A stretch of 64,000 nucleotides of DNA from Ginglymostoma cirratum (GCA_024137785.1 JAHRHZ010000032.1:13750400-13814399); one strand, 5' to 3'. Counted from the first letter of the stretch, positions 25,348 to 39,235 are shown. The notes: generated by a model not told the origin, from the letters alone. Translations and numbers: made by a program.

Positions 25348-27917
25348 CTAAAATGAAAGAGAACACCTGGTATCACTGTGAAAGTTTAATTTTAATCACT
25401 TAGGCTGAAATGGACATTATTAAGACAAAAAAATTACTTGAGGAAGTTTATTTCATTTTAGTGCAAACTGAAATGTTCCAGTTCTTGCAGGAATGTTCAG
25501 ACCACATAACTGACTGATGGAAGAACTCAAATAGCTACACTGTACAATTTTACATTTGGTATTCTTAATTAATTAATAAAATTGACCCACAAGTTAACAC
25601 AGAATAGGTTAACATAGAAAAGTGATCAAGCTGTTCACAAATTAACATTCTCCATGGAGATAAAAATTACGAGTTGACTGTAACAGGGAAAATATTTATA
25701 ATGTTGGCTTTATGCCAGAAAAGCTAGTTGAAAATTAAGACCTAATAGTCCATATGTTTGCACATTAAAATATGTAGCATTATCTCAGATCGTGTCATAA
25801 TGTATTGACTAAGAATCTGAGCAATGTTATGATATAGCTATCGTAATGAAGGTTAGCTCCATGTACTGTTCGTATCAAAACCAGATAGAACCAATCCTCA
25901 TGATTAAATTGCTCTGAAGAGCTTAAGACATTCATCTGAAATTCTGAAATCTAACATTTTCATAACAATGATAAATGGAATAGATAAAGGAAACTGTGAT
26001 TTCACTCCAATAATTTTCTAGCTTGTGTTTTATTTGTAAAAGGCAGAAATATATAGAGGAAAAGGTAATATTGAATGTTCTGTGAATAGCAAACATAAAC
26101 ACAAAAATTGAAAACTTTGTATTTTCACAGAAAAGAAGAATGAAAGAGACAGCCTGATAACACGTTTGATTACATCACTTGCCTAAATGTCGCAAATGAA
26201 AATGGCATACTTTGACAGGAAATTTTGCAGACAAACGTCACCGTGTGACAACATTTTATGCATTCATTTTCAGTAATCACGTTTGTAATTTCCTTTAGCT
26301 GGTAGTTTACCTCATTGCTAAACCTAAACTAAGGAATGTATTACAAATCACTGAAACCTGGTCGTCAGTTTTGAATTTGAAATACTTTAAAGTTAACTTG
26401 AATTCATTTTGAATAATCTGACTGACATACAATATTTACATTTTGTTCAATTCAGAATATTTAATATTCAGCACAATATTTCTTGTTACATGCACGCCAG
26501 TTGTACATTGGCCCAACACAGTGGTTAGCTGTTTGCATCAGTTGCTGGAATCACAGTTAGACAGTTTTATTCAAGTTCAGTTGTCTTGTTTAAATAGCCA
26601 TCTGATGGTGGCTATTTATCTGCTTTTTTGGTAACCTTCAGACATCTGGCATAGTGAGATGGGTGTGGTGGATGTAAGCCATGCACTTAATGACTTCTAT
26701 TTGCTTAAGAAAATAAATGCAGGTCTAGGGGACAAGGCATTGGGTGGAGCACAGTGGGTTTAACATCCTCTTGCACTGTAAACATTCCATGATTCTGCCA
26801 ACTTCAAGGTCAATTCTAACTCAGAAAGAGAATTGCTGATGTGTGTGGCAGTGTGGGTAGGGTGGAGTGAGGGAGGTGTTAGCTGTGGGAGTTGCAGGTG
26901 ACAAACTGTTGAACCCTCTGATGTGTATGTACTTGAAATTCTGCCTCCCTGGCCTCAGTTACACACCCTGAGTGGTAATCCCACCCAAAGCCAGTGAGAA
27001 AGATGTCACTGCAGTCAGGTGGGTGTCAAAATTCTTGGGTATTCGGAGAGCTGGGAAACAAAGGTTGCTTTTGACTGCAGCAAAGCTCAGGAGGTATCGG
27101 CCAAAAATTTGACTGTAAATTATTCTAGGCTTAAATGATAAGGTGCAGTGTGTTTCATTTGTAACTTATGATTATTTATGCCCATTCAGCTCACTGAACA
27201 GAATAATATGTGGAATGAGAAAGGAACTTTCAACTCATCAGCTCATTGTTTCTTCCAGTGTTACAAAATCTGTCCTCTCCTGGATGTTACTTCACTTGCT
27301 CACAGAGATACTTGTACCAAACAAGTAGGATTAATAATTTTTTATTTTTTTTAAAAAAATATATTAATTAGTTCATTTACTTTATGCAAGCTACCAAATC
27401 CACTAAAATAGTCCACAGGGAAATTCACAGTAATGAATTTATCACATTTCCTGCAGAAAACAGTTCCAAGCCTTTGCTTCCCCTCAAGTAGCTTCTGCAA
27501 AATTTTTACTCATCATCCACAAATTTGGTAAAATTGCCAAACTATCACACAACACCCAAAAACATCACATGAATGCAATGTTTTCTATTGACCCTGCAAA
27601 CTCTGCTGGATCAGCACTAAAAGATATCAGCATTTCCAATCCTGGAAAACGTGGACCATTGATTTTAGCAAATTCACATTGATGAACTCTAAAGTGTTAC
27701 TCAATCTATTTCCCCAGAATAAGATATGAATCTTTCATAACAACAATATTTTGACTGAATTTGGAGGGGTGCACTAATCCCATCTGTTCCACTGGTCATA
27801 ACATGTTTTTGATTCAACCAGGTTGGTAAAATGGGGAATCATATTGGTTTCAGACTGTATTGATGTACCAATTGGTACAGTATGGTCAGTATTAAAAACA
27901 AGTTAGCATGTATTTAA

Positions 27918-28243
27918 AACGGTGGCTCAGTGGTTAGTACTGCTGCCTTACAGCATTAAAGACCGGGGTTCAATTCCACTGCCAAGTGACTGCTTGTATG
28001 GAGTCTGCACATTCTCCCCGTGTCTGCGTGAGTTTCCTTCAGTTTCCTCCCACAGTCCAAAAATGTGCAGGTTAGGTGGATTGGCCATGCTAAATTGCCC
28101 ATAGTGTCCAGGGATGTGCAGGTTAGGTGGGTTAGCCATGGGAAATGCAGGGTTATAGGGATTGGGTGGGATGCTCTTTGGAGGATCAGTGTGAACTTGA
28201 TGGGCTGAATGGCCTGTTTCCACACAGTGGGGATTCTGTGATT
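27918..28243 (+). mobile_element. HE1-type tRNA-derived SINE
   Basis: A box ggtggctcagtggtt, B box ggttcaattcc, core tggagtctgcacattctccccgtgtctgcgt, HER1-like tail. Confidence 0.9.
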
Positions 28244-28704
28244 AAAAACTTACCCAAACAAAGATAATTGAGAAACAGACTTGATTTTATGTACCCTTTT
28301 TTTTAAAGAAAAAGAAACTAACATACACAAACATACTCAAGCCTGGCAAAAAACAAATAAAAATGAAAATTCTGCAGATTATTTAACGTATTTGGTCAAT
28401 TAAATTTTACTCTAATTAGAAAAGGATAAGCCACTCATTGTCCTAAATGATATTCCGTATTTGAAGTTGTTCAGCATCCACAAGCTTCTGGTACTGGTGT
28501 GTTTCTCTGGAACAGTTACAGCTGGCTGAAATCCTTTTGCTGGAGACAGTGAGTAGATTCCAAAAACCCATCACTAGAAATTCTCCATGAATGATTAAAC
28601 TGATTTCAGGTGGGCTTTCAACTCGCATATTTTGCTGAGAGGTATTGCAGACAAAGGCTGCAATGGACTATTACTTCTCAGATAGGCCTTAACATTTCTC
28701 CAAA

Positions 28705-28842
28705 ATAAACAAGAACTACGGATGCTGAAGATCTGAAACAAAAGAATCTGATGAAGAGTCACTGGACTGGAAATGTTAACTCTGCTTTCTCTCCACAGGT
28801 GCTGCTAGACCTGCTGAGTTTCTCCCAAAATTTCTGTTCTTT
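28705..28842. mobile_element. Penelope-tail fragment with hammerhead motif (28748-28778)
   Basis: CTGATGA-agagtcactggactg-GAAA-tgtta followed by ...gctgctagacctgctgagttt. Confidence 0.6.
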
Positions 28843-29594
28843 TTCCCTCAAATTTTCTGAGTTCAAAAATATAACAGTCTTATTTAACCCACAAACTAGG
28901 CCTTTTTTTAAAATGTTTTCCAAAGTAAGAAGACATCCAAGCTATCTGTTCCTTTCAGCTACATCGTTGATATTATTGTGCCTCTGCCTTCTCTTTCACA
29001 AAGTGTCCTTTGTTTAAAGGTTCAAGATATATTTTTATTAGTCCATATGATATTTTTAAAAAATATTTTTGTATCACACCTCTTCATAATGGTGATTTGT
29101 ATGGTGTTTGAAATATTGATTATTTTCGACAAAGCTAATTTCCATAGCATTTTTGTCGAACATCTCTCAATAAAACAAAATGTGATACCAATCTTATGTA
29201 TTATGGCTTTTATCTGTTAAATTTACAATTCAACCAAAATAAAAAGAAAATGAACATGGCTGGGTTCCTGATCCAACTTGTGGTTGGTGGATTTGAAGCA
29301 GTAACACCTCTATAAGAAGGCATAAGAAGTACACTTTTTACTTTATGTCAGTAAAACAGTGAAAATAGTGCTGGGATGATATTTTCAACATTTTGCACCA
29401 TTCTGGTGAACCAAATTTGCATGTTTTCTTTCATGTGGAGGATGCATCTTTGTCAATTACACCTGGAGAGACAAATAAATTAACAATATGAATAAAGCAG
29501 AATGAGTCCTGGGTTACGCTACTGAAAGGATCAAAGAATACATTGTAACTGGGATGTTTTTGACTTGCTGAAATAAACATTTTGGAAATATTGC

Positions 29595-31275
29595 GGTGTG
29601 GGGTAGACTTTGTTAAATGTTCTCCATTGCCTGCTAAAAAAATTGCACAATACCCTAAATGACAGTCTTGTATATTGGTACAAATCCTTATGTATTAATT
29701 GTAGCATACTTCTGGGAATCTTCATCTCACCACAACTGCCAGTACGCATAGCTTACGTCCAGCTTCATGAAGGTCAGCCTTTCCGCCAGCTTTGCGTATA
29801 AATTCTCTATGTGGAGGTTTGGGTATTTATCCAGCTGCGAAAAGTGGTTTACCATTTGTTTCAAATCCCCATAAAGATGAACCAACTCATTGGGCTTCAC
29901 AATTGGTATGATCGATGCTGCCCATTCTGCAAACTGGACTGGTTTGATTATTCCTTCACTTTCCAGCCTTCTGATTTTTGCCTCAACTTTTACCTGTAAG
30001 GCAATTAGCACAGGACAGGCCTTGCAGAATCGTGAAATTGCATCCTGGTCAACAAGCAAGTCAGCCTTGGCTTCTTTGATGATCCCTAGATCTTCCTAAA
30101 AAACATTAGGTATTTAATTAGGACTACACTCAGGCAGCCATTTTCTAATCAAAAAATGTTGAGCCAATCTAGCCAAATCTTTCTCAATCAATTTCGCCCC
30201 ATCAAGCTTGGGCCCGAGCCTTTTACTATAATCAATAGTAGATGAAACAGCTGCTTCTCATAACAGACTGGAACCAAAGTTATACCCTTAAGCTGGAAAG
30301 GTTCCCTCTATTGGTTCACAGTCTAGCTGAGGTTTTGTGCAATCTTAAGGGTTAGAATCCAGAGTGAACTTTATTAAAGATTGGTTCTGCGATCACTGAA
30401 AGGGCTGTGCTGGTATCAATCTCCATTAGAACAGAGTGACCATTTAACAAGACATTTATTTTGACTGGTACTGATTCAGATGTAGCTAAGCAATTTAACT
30501 GTTCCAAACCAGGACTTTCCACAGTGTGCACTCTCCTGGATGTTGGCCTAGGAGTCCTCTTACTCAATTTAGGTCTAGTGGGACACTTTTGCTGTCTCGA
30601 GTTCACATACCAGCAGCAACCACAATGGTTTGCCAGTCCAGATCCTGAAGAAAATTTTAACGGTTTGGCCAAGGCTTGGCTTTGTTTTAAGGTTTTGCTG
30701 TGGGCTGAACTGGAGTCCCTCTGTTCAGGGTATGTCCTGAGTCAAGCTATGCAATTGCATTCACTCAGATAGCATTTCCCAAGCTCAGCAAGACTAGCGA
30801 GGGTGAGAGATGCCGATGCTGAAGTCTGAGATAACACAGTGTGGAGCTGGAGGAATGCAGCAGGCCAGGCAGCATCAGAGGAGCAGGAAAGCTGATGTTT
30901 CAGGTAGGCACCCGTCTTCAGAAATTGAAGAAGGGTCCCAACCCGAAACGTCAGCTTTCCTGCCCCTCTGATGCTGCCTGGCCTGCTGTGTTCCTCCAGC
31001 TCTACACGAGACGAGTGAGAGTATCCATTTCCATCGGAATACCCCACAACTTGTACACTCCACTTGCTGAATTTTCCAATGATAAAGCCAGTGTAGTGCC
31101 TGGTTGAAGTCCATTTGGGTTTCAGCTAGCAGGTGCTTTTGTGTGGCTACATCATTAGTCCCACATATCAAACAGTCTCCCAGCATCTCAACAAAGGTTA
31201 AGCCAAAATCACATGCCTCTGCCAGTGGTCTTCAGTTATTCAAAAATCCCGATGTCCTGAAAGATGTTTTAACTT
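29595..31275 (-). mobile_element. Gypsy/Ty3 LTR retrotransposon remnant (gag, protease, N-terminal RT)
   Basis: MLGDCLICGTND (gag), MEIDTSTALSVI (protease), PVQFAEWAASIIPIVKP...GDLK...KLDVSYAYWQL (RT). Confidence 0.85.
30807..31007. mobile_element. Miniature fold-back Penelope-tail element inserted in Gypsy gag
   Basis: Inverted arms gtggagctggaggaa...cagcaggccaggcagcatcagag and ctctgatgctgcctggcctgctgtgttcctccagctctacac; centre TGAAGA-agggtcccaaccc-GAAACGTC; decayed ~13-bp duplication. Confidence 0.8.
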
Positions 31276-32019
31276 CAACAGTAATGTTTAGTTAACTGCT
31301 AATCAAAAGAAAACCCAGAATTTTAGATTTTAACAAAATCATCCCTTAAGCCTCACACAATTACCAGCCCTCAATGCAGTCAAGGTACCTCTGAGGGAGT
31401 TATTTATTTACACTTCCTGAATTACAACTGAGTCAAGTTTCAAAATATCAGATTAAACAAGCCACCAACAAACTAGTTATATCTTCTCCCACAGCTCATA
31501 TATTCCTGATTTAAGGCTGCAATAAAACTAAACTTTTAATTAATGTGTAACGTTTAGTTAATTGCTAAATGAAAGGAAAAAAACTGGACATTAAAAAAGG
31601 AACTCATTTCAGTCTTACTTACGTTTGCTCGTATTGTAGATGGAGAGCAGGTCATTAATAAAGCAGCTGAAGCTGTTTGCACTGGGTAACCTTCTATAAT
31701 GATGCAGTGCTTCTGAGACGATTGACCTCCAACAACTACAACCATCTTCTTTTGAACAAGGCAGAATGGACTGTTTCCAACTCTTCCTTTAAAAAAAACT
31801 CCACAGAGACCAATATCCCATCATAAATCACCCTTTGTTTATATGTGGCGAGTTCTTGGCACTGATTTATATTCTTCAGAGCAAACAGGATGACATACTC
31901 ATTTAGATCTATCAGCCAGGGCTCCCTGATTGGAGCAGATTAACAGTCCCAACCTTAGAACTCATATTCTATGAGGTACATCACAGGGGCACTTAGTTGT
32001 ACATCAACTCTTCTTGCAG

Positions 32020-32815
32020 TATGGAACATATTACATCCTGTACAGCAGAAGTAAAGGTAGAAATGGAAAGAATGCAAAAGCAGAAGTAATTTTACTGATC
32101 ACAACACCAACTAAATGTTGTTCAGTTATTGTCACTGTTCCTAAACCAAATGGAGATGTTAGGACCTGTGTGGACCTAACCCAACTCAGCAAAGCAGTGC
32201 TCTATGAAATCCATTAAGTGTTGATTACAGCCTAGCTAAATTGGTGAAGAGTACACTGTTCACAAAATTAGATGCTTTCAGTGGTTTCTGACAAGTAATC
32301 TTCGGCCAGGGAATAAGTACACTAACTACTTTATAATGCCTTTTGGTTGATACTACTTCAATAAACTATTTGTGCCTGATTTGCTTGAGCTATTCCACAG
32401 GACTATGTCCAGCATATTCCAAGGATAGGATGGAACAATCTGCCAAATGGATAATATTCTTTTACAAAGTACAATAAAGGACATGCATAATAATGGAATT
32501 AGGGATGACTTGAAAAATTTGCAGGATTCAGGCCTAATTTTAACTGACAAATGTGCATTTGCAAAGCCATTTCTAGATCACACAGTGCAAGACACAGGTA
32601 CAATTTTTTTTCTGATCCTGAGAAAAATAAAGCGATCGAGACTTTCTGTAAACAAAATCATAACAGGGCTACAAAGATTTCTAAAGAGGATTAACAAAGT
32701 CAAGAAATTCATACCTAAACTATCAACTATTAATGAGCAGTTGAGACAGTTGCTAAGGCAAGGCCAATAGCAGTGCTGTAATGTTGATCAGAGAAATTTT
32801 TTGAAAGGAATAAAA
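32020..32815 (+). mobile_element. Gypsy RT remnant (second family), preceded by LTR-like sequence at ~31800-32010
   Basis: VTVPKPNGDVRTCVDLTQLSKAV, FTKLDAFSGF, PFG and CQMDNILL motifs. Confidence 0.75.
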
Positions 32816-32839
32816 AGTAGCTAACATAAAAAATAGCAA

Positions 32840-33625
32840 CATCTCACCTGCACTTCCTGGAATCTAGTCTACTGCTTTGGCTGCTCACAGTGCGGTCTCC
32901 TCTACTTTGGGGAAATGAAGCGTAGACTGGGTGACCACTTTGCAGAACATCTATGCTGTGCTCACAAAAAAGACCCTGAGCTTCCAGTTGCCTGCCACTT
33001 CAACACACCACCATGTTCCCTAACCAACATCTCTGTCTCATGCTTGCTGCAGTGTTCCAGCAAAGCTCAATGCAAGCTGGAAGAACAACACCTCAATTTC
33101 CACTTGGGGACCCTGCAGCCCTCCGGACTCAATATCAAGTTCAATAATTTTAGGGCCTAAACTATCCCATGTCCCAGCCCCCTACCCCACACACCATGTC
33201 CTGTTACCACATAGCCTGCAATTACACACCCCCTGTTGTTAGTCACTAACAGTCCCCATTAACAGCTATTCATCCTCCCAGCCTGATTGTTATCAATTCC
33301 TTTGTCTGTCTAACTGTTCTTTTCTCTCTTTAGGCTCTATCCTATTGTTTACACCCTACCCTACCTCCTCCCTACTTTCTGCATATAAACTGATGTTTTC
33401 CCAGCTACCATCAGTTCTGAGGAAGGGTCCCCAGACCCAAAACGTTAACGAGGTGTAGAGCTGGATGAACACAGTGGGCCAAGCAGCATCAGAGGAGCAG
33501 GAAGGCTGATGTTTCAGGCCGAGACTCTGAGTTTTTTCTTCACAGATGCTGCCAGACCTGCTGAGCTTTCCAGCAACTTCTGTTTTTGTTCCTGATTTAT
33601 AGCATCCGCAGTTCTTTTGTTTTTT
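32840..33625 (+). mobile_element. Penelope-like element 3' fragment (GIY-YIG and tail)
   Basis: ORF 32915-33160 MKRRLGDHFAEHL...LGTLQPSGLNIKFNNFRA; hammerhead-like ctgagga...aaaacgtt at ~33417. Confidence 0.85.
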
Positions 33626-33744
33626 TAAAAGTAGTTAACTTCCTCTGACATTTTGACCCACGTTTACTAATAATAATTGTGGATGGATCATCCACAGATC
33701 TGGATACCATGTTACTCCAGATCCAGGAAGCTGCAAAGTTGAAT

Positions 33745-33912
33745 GTAAACAGAAACTGCTGGAGAAACTCAATAGGTCTAACAGTGTTTGTGGAGATAGA
33801 AACAAAATTAATGTTACACTCTGTTTCTCCAAAGATACTGGCAGACCTGCTAAGATTCTCTAGCGTTTTCTGCTTTTATTTCAGATTTCCAGCAGCCTCA
33901 GTATTTTGTTTT
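33745..33912. mobile_element. Decayed fold-back Penelope-tail element
   Basis: aacagaaactgctggagaaactca... mirrored by ...cctgctaagattctctagcgttttctgc. Confidence 0.5.
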
Positions 33913-34524
33913 TAGAGTCAATGTGGAGGCTGCCGTTTAATGCTCCAAATTCCCTAACAGAAAAGAAAATGATTTACCACTATTGATTCAAAAAAAATCT
34001 TTGAGGTAACATGGATCTACAAGAAGGTCTCCAATTAAATTATTGAGCTAAGGTTTAAGATTAAAATACACAGTGAGCAAGTGTTTCTCTTCTCAACACA
34101 AACAAAATTACAAGATGCTACCTTGTAGTCAATGTTTCATACTGCATTTGATGAGATGCAATTCACCCACTGGGAACTTTCAAGGAACTGTCAAATGATA
34201 CCTTTTGGAAAATACCAGTTGAGCAGACTGAAAAACAAATGTTAAAGTTGATAGCAAAGTAAAACAGTACACGTGTGGGGCTGGATGAACACAGCAGGTC
34301 AAGCAGCATCATAGGAGCAGGAAAACTTGACGTTTCAGGCCTAAACTCTTCATCAGAAATGGGGGAGGGGAAGAGGGTTCTGAAATAAATAGGGAGAGAG
34401 GGGGAGGCGGATAGAGGATGGATAGAGGAGAGGATAGGTGGAGAGGAGGCAGACAAGTCGAAGAGGCGGGGATGGAGCCAGTAAAGGTGAGTGTAGGTAG
34501 GGGGGTAGGGAGGAGATAGGTCAG

Positions 34525-34924
34525 NNNNNNNNNNNNNNNNNNNNNNNNNNNNNNNNNNNNNNNNNNNNNNNNNNNNNNNNNNNNNNNNNNNNNNNNNNNN
34601 NNNNNNNNNNNNNNNNNNNNNNNNNNNNNNNNNNNNNNNNNNNNNNNNNNNNNNNNNNNNNNNNNNNNNNNNNNNNNNNNNNNNNNNNNNNNNNNNNNNN
34701 NNNNNNNNNNNNNNNNNNNNNNNNNNNNNNNNNNNNNNNNNNNNNNNNNNNNNNNNNNNNNNNNNNNNNNNNNNNNNNNNNNNNNNNNNNNNNNNNNNNN
34801 NNNNNNNNNNNNNNNNNNNNNNNNNNNNNNNNNNNNNNNNNNNNNNNNNNNNNNNNNNNNNNNNNNNNNNNNNNNNNNNNNNNNNNNNNNNNNNNNNNNN
34901 NNNNNNNNNNNNNNNNNNNNNNNN
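34525..34924. other. Assembly gap (400 N)
   Basis: Run of N inside the inverted Penelope arm. Confidence 1.
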
Positions 34925-37292
34925 TGGAAAGTCTTCTTGGGGCCTGGGATTGGGGTGAGGGAGGAGGTGTGAGGGCAGGTGTAGCACTTCCTGCGGTTAC
35001 AAGGAAAAGTGCCGGGTGTGGTGGGGCTGGAGGGGAGTGTGGACCGTACAAGGGAGTAGCGGAGGGAGTGGTCCCTCCGGAAGGCAGATAAGGGTGGGGA
35101 GGGAAAAATGTCTTTGGTGGTGGGGTCTGATTGCAGATGGCGGAAGTGTCGGAGGATGATGCGTTGGATCCGGAGGTTGGTGGGGTGGTACGTGAGGACA
35201 AGGGGGATTATTTTTTGGTTATTATTGCGGGGACGGGGCGTGAGGGATGTGTTCCGGGAAATGCGGGAGACATGGTCGAGGGCGTTCTCGACCACTGTTG
35301 GGGGGAAGTTGCGGTCCTTGAAGAATGAGGACATTTGAGATGTACGGGAGTGGAATGTCTCATCCTTGGAGCAGATGCGGCGGAGGTGAATGAATTGGGA
35401 ATAGGGGATGGCATTTTTGGAGTAGGGTGGGTGGGAGGAGGTATATTCCAGGTAGCTGTGGGAGTCAGTGGACTTGAAATGGACATCTGTTTCTAGGTGG
35501 TTGCCCGAGATGGAGACAGAGAGGTCCAGGAAGGAGAAAGAAGTGTTGGAGATGGTCCGTGACACCACCCACGCCCTCCACCTCCTCCAGAACTTCCAAT
35601 TCCCCGGTCCCCAACACCTCATTTTTACTATGGATGTCTAGTCCCGATACACCTGTTTTCCCCATGCTGATGGCCTAAAGGCCCTCCGCTTCTTCCTGTC
35701 CCGCAGAACTGACCAATCCCCCTCCACCGACACCCTCATCCGCTTTGCCGAACTCGTCCTCACCCTTAACAACTTTTCTTTCAATTCCTCCCACTTCCTA
35801 CAGACAAAGGGGGTGGCCATGGGTACCCGCATGGGCCCAAGCTATGCCTGCCTCTTTGCAGGTTACGTGGAACAATCCCTCTTCTGTACCTACACTGGCC
35901 CTAAACCCCACCTCTTCCTCCGTTACATTGATGACTGCATTGGCACCGCCTCGTGCTCCCACGAGGAGCTCGAACAGTTCATCCTCTTCACCAACACCTT
36001 CCACCCCAACCTGAAGTTCACCTGGACCATCTCCAACACTTCTCTCCTTTCTGGACCTCTCTGTCTCTATCTCGGGCAACCACCTAGAGACAGATGTCCA
36101 TTTCAAGCCCACTGACTCCAACAGCTACCTGGAATATACCTCCTCCCACCCACCCTCCTCCAAAAATGCCATCCCCTATTCCCAATTCATTCACCTCCGC
36201 CGCATCTGCTCCAAGGATGAGACATTCCACTCCCGTACATCTCAAATGTCCTCATTCTTCAAGGACCGCAACTTCCCCCCAACAGTGGTCGAGAACGCTC
36301 TCGACCGGGTCTCCCGCATTTCCCTGAACACATCCCTCACGCCCCGTCCCCACAATAATAACCAAAAAATAATCCCCCTCGTCCTCACGTACCACCCCAC
36401 CAACCTCCAGATCCAACGCATCATCCTCCGACACTTCCACCATCTGCAATCAGACCCCACCACCAAAGACATTTTTCCCTCCCCACCCTTATCTGCCTTA
36501 CGGAGGTACCACTCCCTCCGCTACTCCCTTGTCCGCTCCACACTCCCCTCCAGCCCCACCACACCTGGCACTTTTCCTTGTAACCGCAGGAAGTGCTACA
36601 CTTGCCCCCACACCTCCTCCCTCATCCCAATCCCAGGCCCCAAGAAGACTTTCCACATCAGGCAGATGTTCACCTGCACATCTGCCAATGTGGTATACTG
36701 CATCTGCTGTACCCATTATGGCTTCCTCTACATCGGGGAAACCAAGCGGAGGCTTGGGGACCGCTTTGCAGAACACCTGCGCTCAGTTCGCAACAAACAA
36801 CTGCACCTCCCAGTCGCGAACCATTTCAACTCCCCCTCCCATTCCTCAGATGACATGTCCATCCTGGGCCTCCTGCAATGCCACAGTGATGCCACCCAAA
36901 GGCTGCAGGAACAGCAGATCATATTCAGCCTGGGAACCCTGCAGCCCAATGGCATCAATGTGGATTTCACAAGCTTCAAAATCTCCCCTCCCCCAACCGC
37001 ATCCCAAAACCAGCCCAGCTCATCTCCACCTCCCTAACCTGTTTTTCCTCTCACCTCAAGCCACACCCCCATCTCCTCTCTACTAACATCATCCCGCCCC
37101 CTTGACCCGTCAGTCCTCCCTGGACTGACCTATCTCCTCCCTACCCCCCTACCTACACTCACCTTTACTGGCTCCATCCCCGCCTCTTTGACTTGTCTGC
37201 CTCCTCTCCACCTATCCTCTCCTCTATCCATCCTCTATCCGCCTCCCCCTCTCTCCCTATTTATTTCAGAACCCTCTTCCCCTCCCCCATTT

Positions 37293-37320
37293 CTGATGAA
37301 GGGTTTCGGCCCGAAACGTC
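37293..37320 (+). ncRNA. Minimal hammerhead ribozyme motif (mirror copy at 34329-34356, minus strand)
   Basis: CTGATGA-agggtttcggccc-GAAAC-GTC. Confidence 0.75.
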
Positions 37321-37604
37321 AAGTTTTCCTGCTCCTATGATGCTGCTTGACCTGCTGTGTTCATCCAGCCCCATGCTTGTCATCTCGGATTCTCCAGCAT
37401 CTGCAGTACCTTTTATCTCCAAAACTGTACACGTGTTCAGTAACAAAACACTTGCCAGCAGCAGAGAAAACTGAAAGAAACAAAGAAGTTCATAACAAAG
37501 ACAAATAATTTCTCCTCATTAGAAGACATTGTCAGGATGGATGCCTAGCATACACATCAGCAATCCTTTTTTATGACAATACTTCAAGCAATGTAAACAA
37601 AAAG

Positions 37605-39235
37605 TTACAGAGCTGTACAGCACGGAAACAGACCCTTCGGTCCAACTCGTCCATGCCAACCAGATATTCTAAATTAATCTAGTCCCATTTGCCAGCATTT
37701 GGCCCATATCCCTTTAAACCCTTCCAATTCATATACCCACCCAGACAAATTTTAAATGTTGTAATTGTACCAGCCTCCACCACTTCCTCTGGCACCTCAT
37801 TCCATACATTGCAGCACACTCTGTGTGAAAAAGCCGCCTCTTAGGTCCCTTCTAAATCTTTCACCACTTTGAGCATATGCCCTCTAGTTCTGGACTTCAC
37901 CACCCTGGGGAAAAGACCTTATCTATTCACTCAACCCATGTCACTCATGGTTTTATAAACCTTTACAAGGTCACTCCTCAGGCTCTGACACTCCAGGGAA
38001 AGTAGCTCCAGCCTATTCAGCCTCTCCCTGTAGCTCAAACCCTCTAACCCTGGCAACATCCTTGTAAATCTTTTCTGAACCCTTTCAAGTTTCACAACAT
38101 CTCCCCTAAAGCAGGGAGATCAGAACTAAATGCAATATTCCTAAAGTGGTCTAACCAATGTCCTGTCCAGCCGCATGACCTCCTAACTCCTATACTCAAT
38201 GCACTGATCAAAAAAGCAAGCGTACTAAACATCTTCTTCACTATCCTGTCTACCTCAGACTCCACTTTCAAGGAAATATGAACCTGCACTCCAAGGTCTC
38301 TTTGTTCAGCAACACTACCCAGGACCTTACCATTAAGTGTACAAATCCTGCCCTGATTTACCTTATCAAAATGCAGCACCTCACATTTATCTTAATTAAA
38401 CTCATCTGCCATTCTTCAGCCCATTGCTTCATCTGATCAAGGTCCCATTGAACTCTGAGGTAACCTTCTTTGTTGTCCACTACACCGCCATTTTGGGTGT
38501 TATCTGCAAACTTACTAAACATACCTCCTAGGTTCACATCCAAATCATTTATATAAATGATGAAAATCAGTGGATCCAGTCCTGATCCTTGTGGCACACT
38601 GCTGGTCACAGGCCTCCAGTCTGAAAATCAAGCCTCCAACACCACCTTCTGTCTCCCACCTTCGAGCCAGTTCTGTATCCAAATGGCTAGTTCTGCCTGT
38701 ATTCCGTGCGACCTAACCTTACTAACCAGCCTACCATTAGAAACCTTGTTGAACGCCTTACTGAAGCCTGCTCCTATGATGCTGCTTGACCTGCTGTGTT
38801 CATCCAGCCCCATGCTTGTTATTTCATATAGATCATGTCCACTGCTCTGCCCTCCTCAGTTTTCTTTGTTCTTTCTTCAAAAAAAGTCAATCAAGTTAGT
38901 GAGACATGATTTCCCATGCACAAAGCCATGTTGGCTATATGTAATCAGTCCTTGCCCTTCCAAGACAAGTAATTCCCTTAGGATCCCCTCCAACAACTTG
39001 CCCACCATGAATGTCAGGCTCACCGGTCTATAGTTCCCTGGCTTTTCCTTATCACCTTTTTAAAATAGTAGCACTATTAGCCAACCTCCAGTCTTTTGAC
39101 ACTTCACCTGTGGCTATCCATGATACAAATATCTCAGCAAGGTGCTCAGCAATCACTTCCCTAGCTTCCCACAGAGTTTTAGGGTACATCTGATCAGGTC
39201 ACAGGTATTTATCCACCTCTGTAAAATGGACATCT
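37605..39235 (-). mobile_element. CR1/HER1 LINE fragment
   Basis: SSVPQGSGLDPLIFIIYINDLD...SKFADNTQ; FSKAFNKV; HER1-type tail at the left end. Confidence 0.9.

Larger units (their letters stand above)
34277..37420 (+). mobile_element. Penelope-like element (Neptune type) with ~1.3-kb inverted duplication of its 3' part
   Basis: Forward RT 35559-36240 (FTMDV, GVAMGTRMGP, YIDD) and ORF 36246-37037 (CNRRKCYTC, VYCI..YIGET). 34277-35558 is the reverse complement of ~36024-37372. 16-bp duplication aaaac(a/t)gtacacgtgt at 34261-34276 and 37421-37436. Confidence 0.93.

Noticed and set aside
27918-27985. tRNA-like A/B boxes (also ~47990-48056, and the tRNA-Ser match at 58327)
   Set aside because: These are SINE heads and a retroviral PBS, not complete tRNA genes.
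34163-35622. Long ORFs of 226-437 aa in the ORF track
   Set aside because: Inflated by the N gap; the real parts are the inverted Penelope arm.
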